Positions 52,067 through 62,838 of a DNA stretch of 64,000 bases are shown here, piece by piece (positions within the stretch are counted from its first letter, which is position 1; every line of letters begins with the position of its first letter). Source of the stretch: Bacilli bacterium (GTDB lineage Bacteria > Bacillota_I > Bacilli_A > RFN20 > CAG-826); NCBI GenBank assembly GCA_024399115.1, contig JAKSHZ010000002.1, positions 19,790 to 83,789 of the forward strand, in the 5' to 3' direction. A program made the position numbers and the translations under genes. The notes below the pieces were generated by a model, which did not search any database, was not told the DNA's origin, and saw nothing but the letters and a program-made list of their open reading frames with translations.

Positions 52067-53458
52067 CTATTCTGCTGAAGCTTCAGCAACAGTAATCTTA
52101 ACTGATGTTTCTAATCCGCCCCAAGAAGCTTTGATTTCGAATTCACCAGCTAAAGCTAATTTTCCATCAACAATTAATCCTGATGGGATTGTCCACTTAG
52201 TTTGTGTTGTAGAAGATCCATCTGGTGTATTGAAGACTGCACCATATGATAAGTTAGCTAAGATTCTGTTAAGTGTCCAGTCAGATGTTTTGAATGAATC
52301 ACCAACTGTGAAGTTAAGACCAGTCTTTGTTGTGTTGATTGCTAATGCGATTGCATCATAGTACATATAACCTGCAACAATGATAGAACGTCCATCGCCC
52401 CATCCTGGATGCATGAATACGTAAGCTTGGTAGTTATAGAAACCAGTTTCTTTTGAGCAAACGATTGAAGCGTATTTTGCAGAACCAGAAACCATGTTTA
52501 AGCAATCGACTGTGCCATCGCCATCCATATCGTTATACCAATAACCTTTGAATGTTTGGCTGTTTGATTTACCAGTCATAATACCATCATCCCATAAGTA
52601 GAGGTTTGTATAGTATTCGTTATATTGACCTTGATAACCTTCAGAGTAAGCGCCTTCAAATAAGTAAATTAATTGACGATTTTCTCTAGTAGCAGCACCA
52701 GCAGTTACACCAGCAAGTGTTTCGTCGTTAAAGTCATAAGTTTCTTCTTTAGCAAAAACATAACCTGTAGGATCAGTAGCTGGTTGTTTGCCTGCTGCTA
52801 AAGCTTTGATTTCGTCAGTGACTGGGTTCCAAACTGGTTTTGATGGTTTTTCTTCCTCTTCCTTTTCACCAGAAGAAGGAGTATTTGAGTTACCAGAACC
52901 AGCAGCGTTTTTCTTCATAGCACCGACTGATAAAGTTGAAATTAACATAGCAGCGATAACAACAACTGCACCGCCACTAACTTTAGCGATGTTTGTTGTG
53001 CCTTTGACTGCTTTGAAGTCTGCGTCTGCTTCTTCATCGTTCTTATAGAACTTCATGAAGCTAACAACAACAGCAGAGATAATAATAACTAATTGACCAA
53101 CGAGATAGAAAATGTTTAATGCAGCATTACCACCGTTATATTCGATACCATTAGCTAAACCTGCGATAAAGTCAGGAACTAAGAATACTTCTTTATATAA
53201 AGATAAACCGAATAATACGATAGCGAAGATACCAACAAATCTATATTGTGGTAATACACATAAGACTGCTTGAACAGCAGCACCAGCGAGTAAATAAATA
53301 CCAACTGATTCAGGAACGTTACCAGCAGCATTGTTACCAATAGCTGTTTTCATTGTAGCAACGTAGATAATACCAAGAACAAGAGCTAAGACTGCATCGC
53401 AAATAGCAATATAGTAAGCAACTGTTTTGTTAGCAAAGAATTTTTTAATTGATTCCAT
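52067..53458 (-). CDS. Hypothetical membrane protein with large extracytoplasmic C-terminal domain
   Basis: 463 aa. Five N-terminal TM helices, Glu/Lys-rich linker, soluble domain. 17 nt downstream of the GH3 gene, so an operon is likely. Confidence 0.45.
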   Translation of the reverse strand: MESIKKFFANKTVAYYIAICDAVLALVLGIIYVATMKTAIGNNAAGNVPESVGIYLLAGAAVQAVLCVLPQYRFVGIFAIVLFGLSLYKEVFLVPDFIAGLANGIEYNGGNAALNIFYLVGQLVIIISAVVVSFMKFYKNDEEADADFKAVKGTTNIAKVSGGAVVVIAAMLISTLSVGAMKKNAAGSGNSNTPSSGEKEEEEKPSKPVWNPVTDEIKALAAGKQPATDPTGYVFAKEETYDFNDETLAGVTAGAATRENRQLIYLFEGAYSEGYQGQYNEYYTNLYLWDDGIMTGKSNSQTFKGYWYNDMDGDGTVDCLNMVSGSAKYASIVCSKETGFYNYQAYVFMHPGWGDGRSIIVAGYMYYDAIALAINTTKTGLNFTVGDSFKTSDWTLNRILANLSYGAVFNTPDGSSTTQTKWTIPSGLIVDGKLALAGEFEIKASWGGLETSVKITVAEASAE

Positions 53459-53475
53459 TGTAATTGCCTCCTAAA

Positions 53476-56451
53476 TTATGCGACTACTTTTCTCTTAGAA
53501 AGAACTTCTAAGACAACGTAAGCAGCAGTTAATGCACTTGTAACAACTGTAGCACCGATAACAGCGCCATCAACAGCTTTCATCCAAGTTGGGTTAGCTG
53601 ATTCTAAGATTTCTTCTTCAGAAACACGGACACCACCCATCCATGATCTAGTCATAGAGTACATGATGTTCTTGTTAGCTCTTTGTAAGCATCTTAATGC
53701 TGTCATATCATCTTGGCCTTCAACCCATTGTTTTAATTGACCGCCACGTCCACCATCAAGACAGAAAATATCAGTACCGCAATATAACATTGCAGGACCA
53801 TTTGAGTAGTTACTTGTGTTATTTCCAGTTAAAGCATCATCGATGATTTGACCTCTATATTTCCATTCGCCTCTCATAACGTTTTGCATTAATGGCTTAT
53901 GGCAAGCTGCATAAGTAGCGCCAATTCTGTTATATGAAGTCATGATACCTAAGCCACGGCCTCTTGTTAAAGCGCCTTCGAATGGTCTTAAGTAGATTTC
54001 ACGAATAGCTTGTTCGTTACAGTATGTTTCAACACCTTGTCTTCCTGATTCTTGGTTATTTAAGAAACAGTGCTTAATGTTCATAACTAAGCCTTTCTTT
54101 CTTGCTTCACCAACAACGTTAGAAGCGACTAAGTAGTTCATAACGCCATCTTCAGTCATATATTCTGAAGCACGTGAACCGTAAGGTGTACGGTTGATGT
54201 TACAACCAGGAGCATTGATACATGCAACACCACAGTAGAGAGCTTCTTCACCGAAGAATCCACCGAATTTCTTTTGCATAGAGTGATCGAATGTTGCTGT
54301 GTAAGTTGGGCCAGTTGGGAAACCAGTTGCCCATCTTGAAGTATCACCATATTTGAACTTAGAAAGGATACCTTCAGGGCCTTCAGCGACTGAGTTACCT
54401 TTCTTTAAGACTTTAGCGACGTCGAGGATACCACGGTTATCTGAGACAGAGATGATTAAGTCATCTAATGTCATTTGAGCAATGAATGCATCCCAAATTT
54501 CAGCACCATCTTCACCTTCGAATCTACCTTTTTCAACAACACCTTCTAATGGTACGTCTAACATATCATTGAAAGTGATTAAGCCGTCTTCGTATGGAAC
54601 ATCATAGACAATACCTCTGCCTTCTGAATATTTCATATCTTCTAACTCTTCTTCTGTCTTAGCGTATTTCTTTGACATATCTCTGTCATCGCCAGCAGTT
54701 GGAGTTGTAGTTGTAGCAGTTGGCCAAGTACCTTCCCAGTTTTGTCTATCTAAGTAAGTAATTGGAGTTTTGCTATTCTTTGTTGCATAGTAGTTATAAT
54801 CTGCATCATCGAATTGGTTAGTAACTTGAACATCTTTATCATAGATTGACATCTTGTATGAAAGCTTGTCTTCGTTGATAGTTACTTTGACAGCACCATC
54901 AGCGTTTGCAGTGAATGACTTACCCCATTGGTCTTTTAAGTCACCAGCGTGTGAAGGAGATTTCTTAGCGATAACGTTATTTAATGCTTCGTGAGCACCG
55001 TTACCAATTGCGAAGTAATAGTCGCCTTCTTCAAGGATGTATTGTTTATTAACTTTGTAATCGTATGTAGTTAAGAAGTATCTATCTACAGGAACTGAAA
55101 CAGTCTTTGTTTCGTTTGGTTCGAGATCAACTTTTTCATAGTTCATGATTGCGATAGATGGTCTACCTAAACCGTTTTCTTTATCAAAGTCTGTATATGG
55201 TTGTTGTACATATACTTGGACAGAAGCCTTACCAGCCATTGAGCCAGTATTCTTAACTTCTACTGAAACATCATATTGATCAGTTTCTGTATTGTATTTA
55301 ACTTCTTTAATCTTTTGATCGAATGTTGTGTATGATAAGCCATAACCGAATGGACAAATCATTTCATCAGCATAGTTCCAGCTGCTGTTCTTTGAGTTAT
55401 AAACACCCTTAGTACCATTTGCACTACCTTGGTTTAAAATGCAGTCTTCATATCTAGTTTCATAATATTTGTAACCGACATAAACACCTTCTTTATAAAC
55501 AACAACACTGCTGTTACCGAAGTTTTGGTATGCAGCTGATGAGCTTGCGCTAGCTGCGAATGTATCTGGAGCGTGACCTGAAGCGTTAACAAGTTTGCCT
55601 TCAGCATCAACACCAGCTAAGAGATGTGGGATACCACCAGCACCGTAGTAACCAGGGACACCCATGAAGATTGCAGCATCGATACCGTATTGTTCATCTT
55701 CAATCCAGTCCATAGACATAGCTAATGGAGAGTTGATTAAGACGATAATCTTATCGAATTTGCCTGAATCTTTGACCATCTTTAAGAGGTCTTTTTCTTT
55801 TTGTCTTAAGTTTAAGTTACCAGCACTTGGGTCAGTGTTTTCAGTACCGATACGAACGATAGTGATGATAGCAGCATCATTGTATTCATCAAATGTTGCT
55901 TTAACATCGTTAGTGTAGATACCTGTACCTTCTTCGACTTCAGTTGAAGGTTTTGTTAAATCTTGAGAACCCCAAGTTTTTAACTTATTGTAGACAGTTC
56001 TGTTAATTTCGAATCCATTCTTTTCAAATGCAGGTCCTAAATTAACAACTAAGTCTGGGTTTGGAGCAGCACCACCAGCACCAGAACGCATGAAGAGGTT
56101 CTTAGATCCAGTACCGAATAATGTAACTTTTCTTTCACTTGCCTTTAAAGGTAAGCAATCGTTATCGTTTTTAATTAAAACTGAACCTTGTTCAACAGCT
56201 TCTTCACAGAATTTGTAAGAATCAGTAATCATTTGATTCCAACCTTCATCTGTTAAGTTGCCGTCTTCGTCAGCATAAGCAGAACCTTCGACTAAGTCAG
56301 ATTCAACTTTGTCGACTTTTTGGGTTGATAAACCAAGGAAGTCATTGATAAGACCAGCTTTGACTTCTGCGACCTCACGGCCAGCAAAGAGCATGCTAGT
56401 AACAAGGATACCTACGGCTGATAAACCCATAAATAATTTTGGTTTTACCAT
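53476..56451 (-). CDS. Glycoside hydrolase family 3 (beta-glucosidase/beta-xylosidase-like) with permuted domain order and N-terminal signal/anchor
   Basis: 991 aa. The GH3 catalytic (alpha/beta)8 region (...KHCFLNNQESGRQ...MTSYNRIGATY...GEWKYRGQIIDD) is C-terminal. The GH3 alpha/beta-sandwich-like region is N-terminal. Confidence 0.7.
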   Translation of the reverse strand: MVKPKLFMGLSAVGILVTSMLFAGREVAEVKAGLINDFLGLSTQKVDKVESDLVEGSAYADEDGNLTDEGWNQMITDSYKFCEEAVEQGSVLIKNDNDCLPLKASERKVTLFGTGSKNLFMRSGAGGAAPNPDLVVNLGPAFEKNGFEINRTVYNKLKTWGSQDLTKPSTEVEEGTGIYTNDVKATFDEYNDAAIITIVRIGTENTDPSAGNLNLRQKEKDLLKMVKDSGKFDKIIVLINSPLAMSMDWIEDEQYGIDAAIFMGVPGYYGAGGIPHLLAGVDAEGKLVNASGHAPDTFAASASSSAAYQNFGNSSVVVYKEGVYVGYKYYETRYEDCILNQGSANGTKGVYNSKNSSWNYADEMICPFGYGLSYTTFDQKIKEVKYNTETDQYDVSVEVKNTGSMAGKASVQVYVQQPYTDFDKENGLGRPSIAIMNYEKVDLEPNETKTVSVPVDRYFLTTYDYKVNKQYILEEGDYYFAIGNGAHEALNNVIAKKSPSHAGDLKDQWGKSFTANADGAVKVTINEDKLSYKMSIYDKDVQVTNQFDDADYNYYATKNSKTPITYLDRQNWEGTWPTATTTTPTAGDDRDMSKKYAKTEEELEDMKYSEGRGIVYDVPYEDGLITFNDMLDVPLEGVVEKGRFEGEDGAEIWDAFIAQMTLDDLIISVSDNRGILDVAKVLKKGNSVAEGPEGILSKFKYGDTSRWATGFPTGPTYTATFDHSMQKKFGGFFGEEALYCGVACINAPGCNINRTPYGSRASEYMTEDGVMNYLVASNVVGEARKKGLVMNIKHCFLNNQESGRQGVETYCNEQAIREIYLRPFEGALTRGRGLGIMTSYNRIGATYAACHKPLMQNVMRGEWKYRGQIIDDALTGNNTSNYSNGPAMLYCGTDIFCLDGGRGGQLKQWVEGQDDMTALRCLQRANKNIMYSMTRSWMGGVRVSEEEILESANPTWMKAVDGAVIGATVVTSALTAAYVVLEVLSKRKVVA

Positions 56452-56603
56452 AAAATTTCCTTTCTTGCGACATTATATTTTTTCGCAAACAAAACGCCCA
56501 AAAAAAACTCTGTTTGAGATTTTTATGCGCGTAATTACATATTTATTATTCATAACACGCCTACGCGCAAAAACGACAAAGTTGCGAAACAATAGGGAAA
56601 AAG

Positions 56604-56633
56604 TTATAAAAAAGCAGGTGACAATTCACCTGC
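56604..56633 (-). terminator. Intrinsic terminator of xylA
   Basis: Perfect hairpin AGCAGGTGA-caat-TCACCTGCT with flanking A/T tracts. Confidence 0.6.
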
Positions 56634-56656
56634 TTAATTTAGAAATTAAGGTCTTA

Positions 56657-57970
56657 TTATTTGAATAAGATTGAGTTGAGAATTTCTTGTAATTCTTCTT
56701 CTCTACCGCTGTTTTCAGCTGAGAAGAATTTTTGTTCACAACCAATAGCTGCTAATTCTTCTAATTTGCATTCACCAGCTCTGATCTTTTTGCCAAGATC
56801 ACTGCTCCATGTAGCATATCTATCAGCAACGAATTTTTCGATTCTGCCATCTTCGATGATCTTTGCAGCATTGATTAAACCTAATGCCCAAGTATCCATA
56901 CCTAAGATGTAAGCTTTGAACATATCCTCATATGTATTTGAAGCTCTTCTTGTCTTAGCGTCGAAGTTTAAACCACCAGAGATTTTGCCAGCTTTTAAGA
57001 TTTCTAACATAGCGAATGTTGCTGTGTAAACGTTTGCTGGGAATCTATCAACGTCCCAACCTAAGACACAGTCGCCTTCGTTAGCGTCGATTGAACCTAA
57101 CATACCGTTTAATCTAGAAACTCTTAATTCGTGTTCGAATGTATGTTTTGCTAATTCAGCGTGGTTAGCTTCAATGTTCATCTTGAAGTCTTTGTCTAAG
57201 CCATATTTTCTTAAGAAGCCAATTGATGTAGCAGCATCGAAGTCATATTGATGTTTCATTGGTTCTTTTGGTTTTGGTTCGATGTAGAAGTCGCCTTTTA
57301 AGCCGATCTTTCTACCATATTCAACTGCCATTTTCATTAATGCAGCGATATTTTCTTCTTCTAAGCCCATATCTGTGTTGAGTAAAGTTTCATAACCTTC
57401 TCTACCGCCCCAGAAGACATAGTTTTGACCACCGAGTTTAACAGTGATATCTAATGCCTTTTTGATTTGAGCTGCTGCAAAGCAGTAAACATCAACTCTA
57501 TTTGATGTTCCGCCACCGTGCATATATCTTGGGTTACCGAATAAGTTTGCAGTACCCCATAAACATTTAATGCCTGTTTCTTTTTGTTTTTCAACGATGT
57601 AGTCACTAACTTCGTCTAATAATTTGTTAGTGTCGTTGATGTCTTTTTGTTCTGGGACTAAGTCAACATCGTGGAAGCAGAAGTATTCAATGCCCATTTT
57701 TGTCATGAATTCAAAACCAGCATCGACTTTTGCTTTTGCGTGAGCTAATGTACCTGGAGTAACACCAAAGCTCTTGTCGATAGTTCCACGGCCAAACATA
57801 TCAGTGCCATCAGCACCAAGATTGTGCCACCAAGCCATAGCGAACTTTAAGTGTTCTTTCATTGGCTTTCCTAAAACGATTTTTTCTGGGTCGTAGAATT
57901 TATAAGCTAATGGGTTCTTACTTTCTGGGCCCTCAAAAACGACTTTTTTTACAAAATCAAAATATTCCAT
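56657..57970 (-). CDS. xylA: Xylose isomerase
   Basis: 437 aa. [15 protein letters not shown] signature and metal ligands. Confidence 0.9.
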   Translation of the reverse strand: MEYFDFVKKVVFEGPESKNPLAYKFYDPEKIVLGKPMKEHLKFAMAWWHNLGADGTDMFGRGTIDKSFGVTPGTLAHAKAKVDAGFEFMTKMGIEYFCFHDVDLVPEQKDINDTNKLLDEVSDYIVEKQKETGIKCLWGTANLFGNPRYMHGGGTSNRVDVYCFAAAQIKKALDITVKLGGQNYVFWGGREGYETLLNTDMGLEEENIAALMKMAVEYGRKIGLKGDFYIEPKPKEPMKHQYDFDAATSIGFLRKYGLDKDFKMNIEANHAELAKHTFEHELRVSRLNGMLGSIDANEGDCVLGWDVDRFPANVYTATFAMLEILKAGKISGGLNFDAKTRRASNTYEDMFKAYILGMDTWALGLINAAKIIEDGRIEKFVADRYATWSSDLGKKIRAGECKLEELAAIGCEQKFFSAENSGREEELQEILNSILFK

Positions 57971-58084
57971 AATTTTTTACCTCGACATTATTATTGTCCG
58001 ATAAGAGAAATATTGCGCACGATTAAAGTATTTTTTTTATATGATTATCTTGCGCTTTATGACGTATATGCGTATTATACTTAT

Positions 58085-59065
58085 ATGAGCAAACAACTTG
58101 AATTAGTTCAATTCCCTAAGGTTAATCACGTTAGAATCTTAGTAAATGAGATTTCTTTTAGAAATGCTCACTTACACAAAGAATTTGAAATCTTATTAGT
58201 TATTAAAGGTCATGGTGAATTCACCATAAATGGTGAAAAATGTCCTTGTGAAGAAGGAGATCTTTTCCTTATCGGCTCACATGACATTCATAGCATTTCT
58301 GCTAAGCCATTACCAGATGGTAGTTTTGACATCAAAAACCCACCAGTTTTCCTAATTCTTCAAATCTCTAACCACTTCTTATTGAACTACTTCCCACAAA
58401 TTAGAACTACCATGTTCAAATCAGGTAAATTAAACGAAATTTTACCAGGAGAAAGAACCGCAATCGGCACAAGATTATTGATTGATTCTGCTCTTTCTTA
58501 CTTCAAACAAGAAAAATATTATCAAGTCACATTAATCTCTGAAATTTCACAAATTATGGCGTACCTCTACAAATATGTAGATCATCAAATTGTTAGTGAA
58601 ATTGAAAAAGAAAAAATTAAGAAAAAATCTAACAGATTAGAGAGAATTGTTTCATACATTGACCTCAATTATGCTAACCATATTCGTCTTGAAGATATCG
58701 CTTCAGAAGAAGATCTCTCAGTCACCCACTTCTCTCACTTATTCTCATCATATTTCGGTGTTACTTTCCAAGAATATGTCAACCTTAGACGTATGGAAAG
58801 CGCAATCAGATTAATGGAGAACAACGAAAAGAGTTTATTAGAAATCTCATATGAGTCTGGATTCAGTGATCCAAAATATATGACAAAGATGTTTATTAAG
58901 AGATTTGGATGCACTCCAAAAGCTTATAGAAAAGAACATATGACAGTTGATGGCGCTAATGTAACCAAAGTTTACTCTACAGAAGAAAAAGAAATCATCT
59001 TAACTCCAGCAGATTCAATTAAAGTTCTTGAAGCATACAAAACTGATAAAAATATCAATCCGTAA
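58085..59065 (+). CDS. AraC-family transcriptional regulator (cupin N-domain plus AraC HTH)
   Basis: Start taken at MSKQLELVQ (ATG 58085). C-terminal twin HTH ...LSVTHFSHLFSSYFGVTFQEYVNLRRME... Confidence 0.75.
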   Translation: MSKQLELVQFPKVNHVRILVNEISFRNAHLHKEFEILLVIKGHGEFTINGEKCPCEEGDLFLIGSHDIHSISAKPLPDGSFDIKNPPVFLILQISNHFLLNYFPQIRTTMFKSGKLNEILPGERTAIGTRLLIDSALSYFKQEKYYQVTLISEISQIMAYLYKYVDHQIVSEIEKEKIKKKSNRLERIVSYIDLNYANHIRLEDIASEEDLSVTHFSHLFSSYFGVTFQEYVNLRRMESAIRLMENNEKSLLEISYESGFSDPKYMTKMFIKRFGCTPKAYRKEHMTVDGANVTKVYSTEEKEIILTPADSIKVLEAYKTDKNINP

Positions 59066-59091
59066 TAATAAATTAATCATATTTTAGAAAT

Positions 59092-59129
59092 GCCTCTCAT
59101 CCACTATAATAGTGATAAGAGGTATTTTT
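59092..59129 (+). terminator. Hairpin plus T-tract between araC-like and GH43 genes (terminator/attenuator that includes the GH43 RBS)
   Basis: CCTCTcATCCACTAT-a-ATAGTGATaAGAGG, followed by TATTTTTAT. The 3' arm contains AAGAGG, 9 nt before ATG 59132. Confidence 0.4.
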
Positions 59130-59131
59130 AT

Positions 59132-60574
59132 ATGAAAAAACAGGTTTATAACCCTTATTTACCATTGTACGAATATGTTCCTGATGGTGAACCACACATT
59201 TTTGGTGACCGTGTTTATGTCTACGGCTCACACGACCAATATGGCGCATTCAATTTCTGCCATAACAACTATGTAACTTGGTCTGCTCCAGTTGATGACT
59301 TATCTGATTGGAGATATGAAGGTGAAATTCTTCAAAGAACTGAAGACCCAGACAACAAAAAGAACAAACACGACTTATATGCACCAGATGTTTGCCAAGG
59401 CCCAGATGGAAAATACTATATTTATTACGCATTTGACTGGGTTGGTCATACAGGCGTAGCAGTTTCTGATAGCCCTGCAGGCCCATTCAAATTCGTCGGA
59501 CACGTCCACTTCCCAGACGGCACAGTCTTAGGTAAGAGAAAACACGACGTATTCCAATTTGACCCAGGTGTTTTAGTTGATGACGACGGCAGAGTTTACT
59601 TATACTCAGGCTTCGGCGCTACAACATTCTTCCCACAAATCACATTCCAAGGTTTCAAAATCGATGGCGGTTACGTCATGGAACTCGAACCAGACATGGT
59701 CACTATTAAAGGTGAACCAAAGAAAGTCTTCTTTAAGAAAGGTGAATGCGATCCAGAATGGAACGGACACGAATTCTTCGAAGCTTCTTCAATTAGAAAA
59801 ATTAACGGCAAATACTACTTTGTCTATTCAGCATATGATGGACACGAATTATGCTACGCAACATCTGATAGTCCAATGGGACCATTCAAATTCGGTGGCA
59901 CAATCGTTTCTAACGGTGATGTCGGCTTAAATGGTAGAGCTAAAAAAGATGCTTGCTACCCAATTGGTAACAACCACGGTGGTATCGTTTGCTTACCTAA
60001 CGGCAAATCATACATCTTCTATCACAGACACACAAACTTCACTAACACAGATAGACAAGGTTTAGCAGAAGAAATCCATTTCGAAGCAGATGGCTCAATC
60101 AAGCAAGTTGAAATGACATCATGCGGTTTAAATGGCGGACCATTAGAAGGTAAAGGATGCTACCCTGCATCAATCTGCTGCTGCTTAATGCCAAAAGAAG
60201 GAAACATCTTCTATAACTTCTTCCGTTGGCCATGGCAAAAAGGCAAAATGTGTATCACTCAATCTGGTAAAGATACAGATACAGTTGAAACACAATACAT
60301 CGAAAATATCGCTGATGGCGCATTAGTCGGTTATAAATACTTCAACTTAACAGAAACCAAGACTGTTACATTAGAAGTCAAAGGTAAAGCAAGCGGTAAA
60401 GCTGTTCTTGAATATTCAGAAAACGGCGAAGCAGTTTCAACAGTTGACTTTGAAGTTAAAGGTGAAGGCAAAATCACTCTTCCAGTCGTCAACGGTTCTG
60501 AAAAGAACGCTGTATATATCAAGTTCACTGATATGAAAGGTAAGCTGGACGCTTATAAATTATGTCTAGAGTAG
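59132..60574 (+). CDS. Glycoside hydrolase family 43-like (beta-xylosidase/arabinofuranosidase-like) with C-terminal beta-sandwich
   Basis: 481 aa from MKKQVYNPYLP. Five-bladed propeller-type N-terminal motifs (PDGEPHIF, DGKYYIYY, DGKYYFVYS). Confidence 0.55.
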   Translation: MKKQVYNPYLPLYEYVPDGEPHIFGDRVYVYGSHDQYGAFNFCHNNYVTWSAPVDDLSDWRYEGEILQRTEDPDNKKNKHDLYAPDVCQGPDGKYYIYYAFDWVGHTGVAVSDSPAGPFKFVGHVHFPDGTVLGKRKHDVFQFDPGVLVDDDGRVYLYSGFGATTFFPQITFQGFKIDGGYVMELEPDMVTIKGEPKKVFFKKGECDPEWNGHEFFEASSIRKINGKYYFVYSAYDGHELCYATSDSPMGPFKFGGTIVSNGDVGLNGRAKKDACYPIGNNHGGIVCLPNGKSYIFYHRHTNFTNTDRQGLAEEIHFEADGSIKQVEMTSCGLNGGPLEGKGCYPASICCCLMPKEGNIFYNFFRWPWQKGKMCITQSGKDTDTVETQYIENIADGALVGYKYFNLTETKTVTLEVKGKASGKAVLEYSENGEAVSTVDFEVKGEGKITLPVVNGSEKNAVYIKFTDMKGKLDAYKLCLE

Positions 60575-61485
60575 GGAGAAAGCTATTTGTTCTTTCATCA
60601 TTACTTCTCTTAGCAGGTTGTAACGCTCAAGAGCCAGCACCTACACCTAAGGCTTCTTTAAAAGTTGTTTCTAATCCAACTAAAGTTAACTATAACTGTG
60701 GTAACAATTTTGATAAGACAGGTCTTACTCTTGAATACACTGATGCAGAAGGCAATAAGACTACAGTCACTGACTTCACTTTAAGTGGAGACAAAAACCT
60801 TAAAGCAAGCACTACTTCCGTTACTGCTTCTTATAGAGGTTTATCAGTTGATGTTGATATCGAAGTCTCTAGCGTTATTGAAGGTCAAATTACTTGTGTT
60901 GGTGATTCATTAACTGAAGGTCATAGCTGGCCTACTCAATCTTACCCAAATTACATCAAAGGAAATTTCGATGATTCTTCTAAGATGACAATTTCTAACT
61001 GTGGTAAGAATGGTGCTTCATTTAAGACATTTGGACAATATAACCCAGCATACAACACTACTTCTCAATACCAAACATCATTAACAGGTAACCCAATTGT
61101 ATTAACAATCTTGCTTGGAACTAATGATGCTACTAACTGGGCTAATGAAGCTGATGATTATGTTGCAGACTATACTGCTTTAGTCAATTTATATAGAACT
61201 ACATTCGGTGAAGATTTAAACATTATCATGTTAACTTCTCCAAGATGTATCACTAACACATTTGGAATTCCAACCGATGTTATTTGCAATAATGTAGTTC
61301 CACTTCAAAAGCAATTAGCTGAAGATCTAAATTGTCCATTAATTGATCTTAATGATGAGTTTGATAATTATACAGACGCCGAACTATTTAGACCTAATGA
61401 CGGAGTTCACTTCACAGTTAAAGCGGCTGAAATTACAGCTAAATTAATCTCAGAAAAAATTAAAGATATCTACGAAATTGAGTAG
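60562..61485 (+). CDS. SGNH/GDSL hydrolase lipoprotein (acetyl-esterase-like) with N-terminal Ig-like domain
   Basis: 307 aa. Lipobox LLAGCN. GDSLTEG and DGVHF catalytic motifs. Confidence 0.65.
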   Translation: MSRVGRKLFVLSSLLLLAGCNAQEPAPTPKASLKVVSNPTKVNYNCGNNFDKTGLTLEYTDAEGNKTTVTDFTLSGDKNLKASTTSVTASYRGLSVDVDIEVSSVIEGQITCVGDSLTEGHSWPTQSYPNYIKGNFDDSSKMTISNCGKNGASFKTFGQYNPAYNTTSQYQTSLTGNPIVLTILLGTNDATNWANEADDYVADYTALVNLYRTTFGEDLNIIMLTSPRCITNTFGIPTDVICNNVVPLQKQLAEDLNCPLIDLNDEFDNYTDAELFRPNDGVHFTVKAAEITAKLISEKIKDIYEIE

Positions 61486-61500
61486 AAAGCAATTACAAAA

Positions 61501-61532
61501 GCGAGCATCATGGATTTGGTGCTCGCTTTTTT
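61501..61532 (+). terminator. Intrinsic terminator
   Basis: GCGAGCAtCA-tggatttg-GtGCTCGC, followed by TTTTTT. Confidence 0.6.
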
Positions 61533-61582
61533 ATGCCGTATAAAAGTCTTTATGATCAAACAAGATGGGCCATAATGGACAT

Positions 61583-61780
61583 CTATTTTATGTCTATTGT
61601 TATGCCTAAAGCGTTTACGATAAGAATTATTGTTTCTAATCTAGGAGATACTATTTCAGCTTCGATTCTTGCTATTGTGGACTGAGGCAAAGAAATCATA
61701 TCTGCAAGTTTTTGTTGAGAAACACCAAGTTCTTTTCTTTTTTTAATTATTTTTTGAAGTAAATCATGTTGTGTATTCAT
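61583..61780 (-). CDS. XRE-family HTH transcriptional regulator
   Basis: 65 aa: ...GVSQQKLADMISLPQSTIARIEA... Confidence 0.7.
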   Translation of the reverse strand: MNTQHDLLQKIIKKRKELGVSQQKLADMISLPQSTIARIEAEIVSPRLETIILIVNALGITIDIK

Positions 61781-61782
61781 GT

Positions 61783-62811
61783 TTATTCACCAAGTTCTCT
61801 TTCTAGTTCTTCAATTGAAGGTAATGAATTCTTTAGTTCCTTAGGCATTAATTTATTAAGTTCATATGATGAAATACCGAGTGGAATGTTGTAATTTTCT
61901 AAAGAATATTCCGCTACTATTTTATCTTTATCTTTGCAAATTAAAATTCCTATTGTTGGATTATCACTTTTTCCTTTTAGCAAATGGTTAACTGATGATA
62001 CATAAGTACTTAGTTGACCTAAATCACCCGGCGTAAATTTTGTGATTTTAACTTCAATTACAACATAAGCATGGAGTTTAATGTTGTAGAATAACAAATC
62101 TGTAAAAAATTCTGTTTCTCCTACTAGTAATCTAGATTCTCTTCCAACAAATGCAAAGCCTTCTCCTAACTCTAATAAGAACTTCTGAATATTATCAATC
62201 AAGGCGTCTTTTAATTCTTTCTCATTATATTCTTCAGTGACAGATAAGAAATCAAAATTATATGGATCTTTTGTTATTTGTTTTGCTAGATCCTTGTTCG
62301 TATCAGGCAAAGCTAATTCAAAGTTGTTTATTGCTTTTCCCTCACGTTCATATAAATCAGTAGAAATAAAGTTTAGTAAAACATCTCTCGACCAATTGTT
62401 TTCGTGAACTTTTCTTACAAAAAATAATGCTTTGTCTACATCTTTACATTTATCAATAATATATCTGTGATGTCCCCAAGGAATAGAGAACAATTGTCCC
62501 ACAAGTTGTGGGAAATTTTGAATTTGGTCATTATAGAGGTTGAAAAACTTCTCCATGTATCTAATATTCTTTTGGGTAAGACCTTTTACGTTAGGTAAGT
62601 TAGAAATCAGTTCTTTGCTCAATGAGTCATAAAATTTTGATCCATAAGTTGATTTAAAAGAATTGTTAGAAATTTCCTTTCCTAATTCAAAATAAAACTT
62701 AAGCATTTCATTATTGACACTAATTGCGGCTTTAATTTGTGCTTTTTTATACTTTTCACTTATATTGCTAACCCATATTTTAAATTCGTTATTCATCACT
62801 ATATTAGACAT
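61783..62811 (-). CDS. DUF1016 (YhcG-like) PD-(D/E)xK nuclease family protein
   Basis: 342 aa. C-terminal ...FFTDLLFYNIKLHAYVVIEVKITKFTPGDLGQLSTYVSSVN...DNPTIGILICKDKD... is diagnostic of DUF1016. Confidence 0.65.
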   Translation of the reverse strand: MSNIVMNNEFKIWVSNISEKYKKAQIKAAISVNNEMLKFYFELGKEISNNSFKSTYGSKFYDSLSKELISNLPNVKGLTQKNIRYMEKFFNLYNDQIQNFPQLVGQLFSIPWGHHRYIIDKCKDVDKALFFVRKVHENNWSRDVLLNFISTDLYEREGKAINNFELALPDTNKDLAKQITKDPYNFDFLSVTEEYNEKELKDALIDNIQKFLLELGEGFAFVGRESRLLVGETEFFTDLLFYNIKLHAYVVIEVKITKFTPGDLGQLSTYVSSVNHLLKGKSDNPTIGILICKDKDKIVAEYSLENYNIPLGISSYELNKLMPKELKNSLPSIEELERELGE

Positions 62812-62838
62812 ATTTACGCCTCCTTATATTGTATAATA

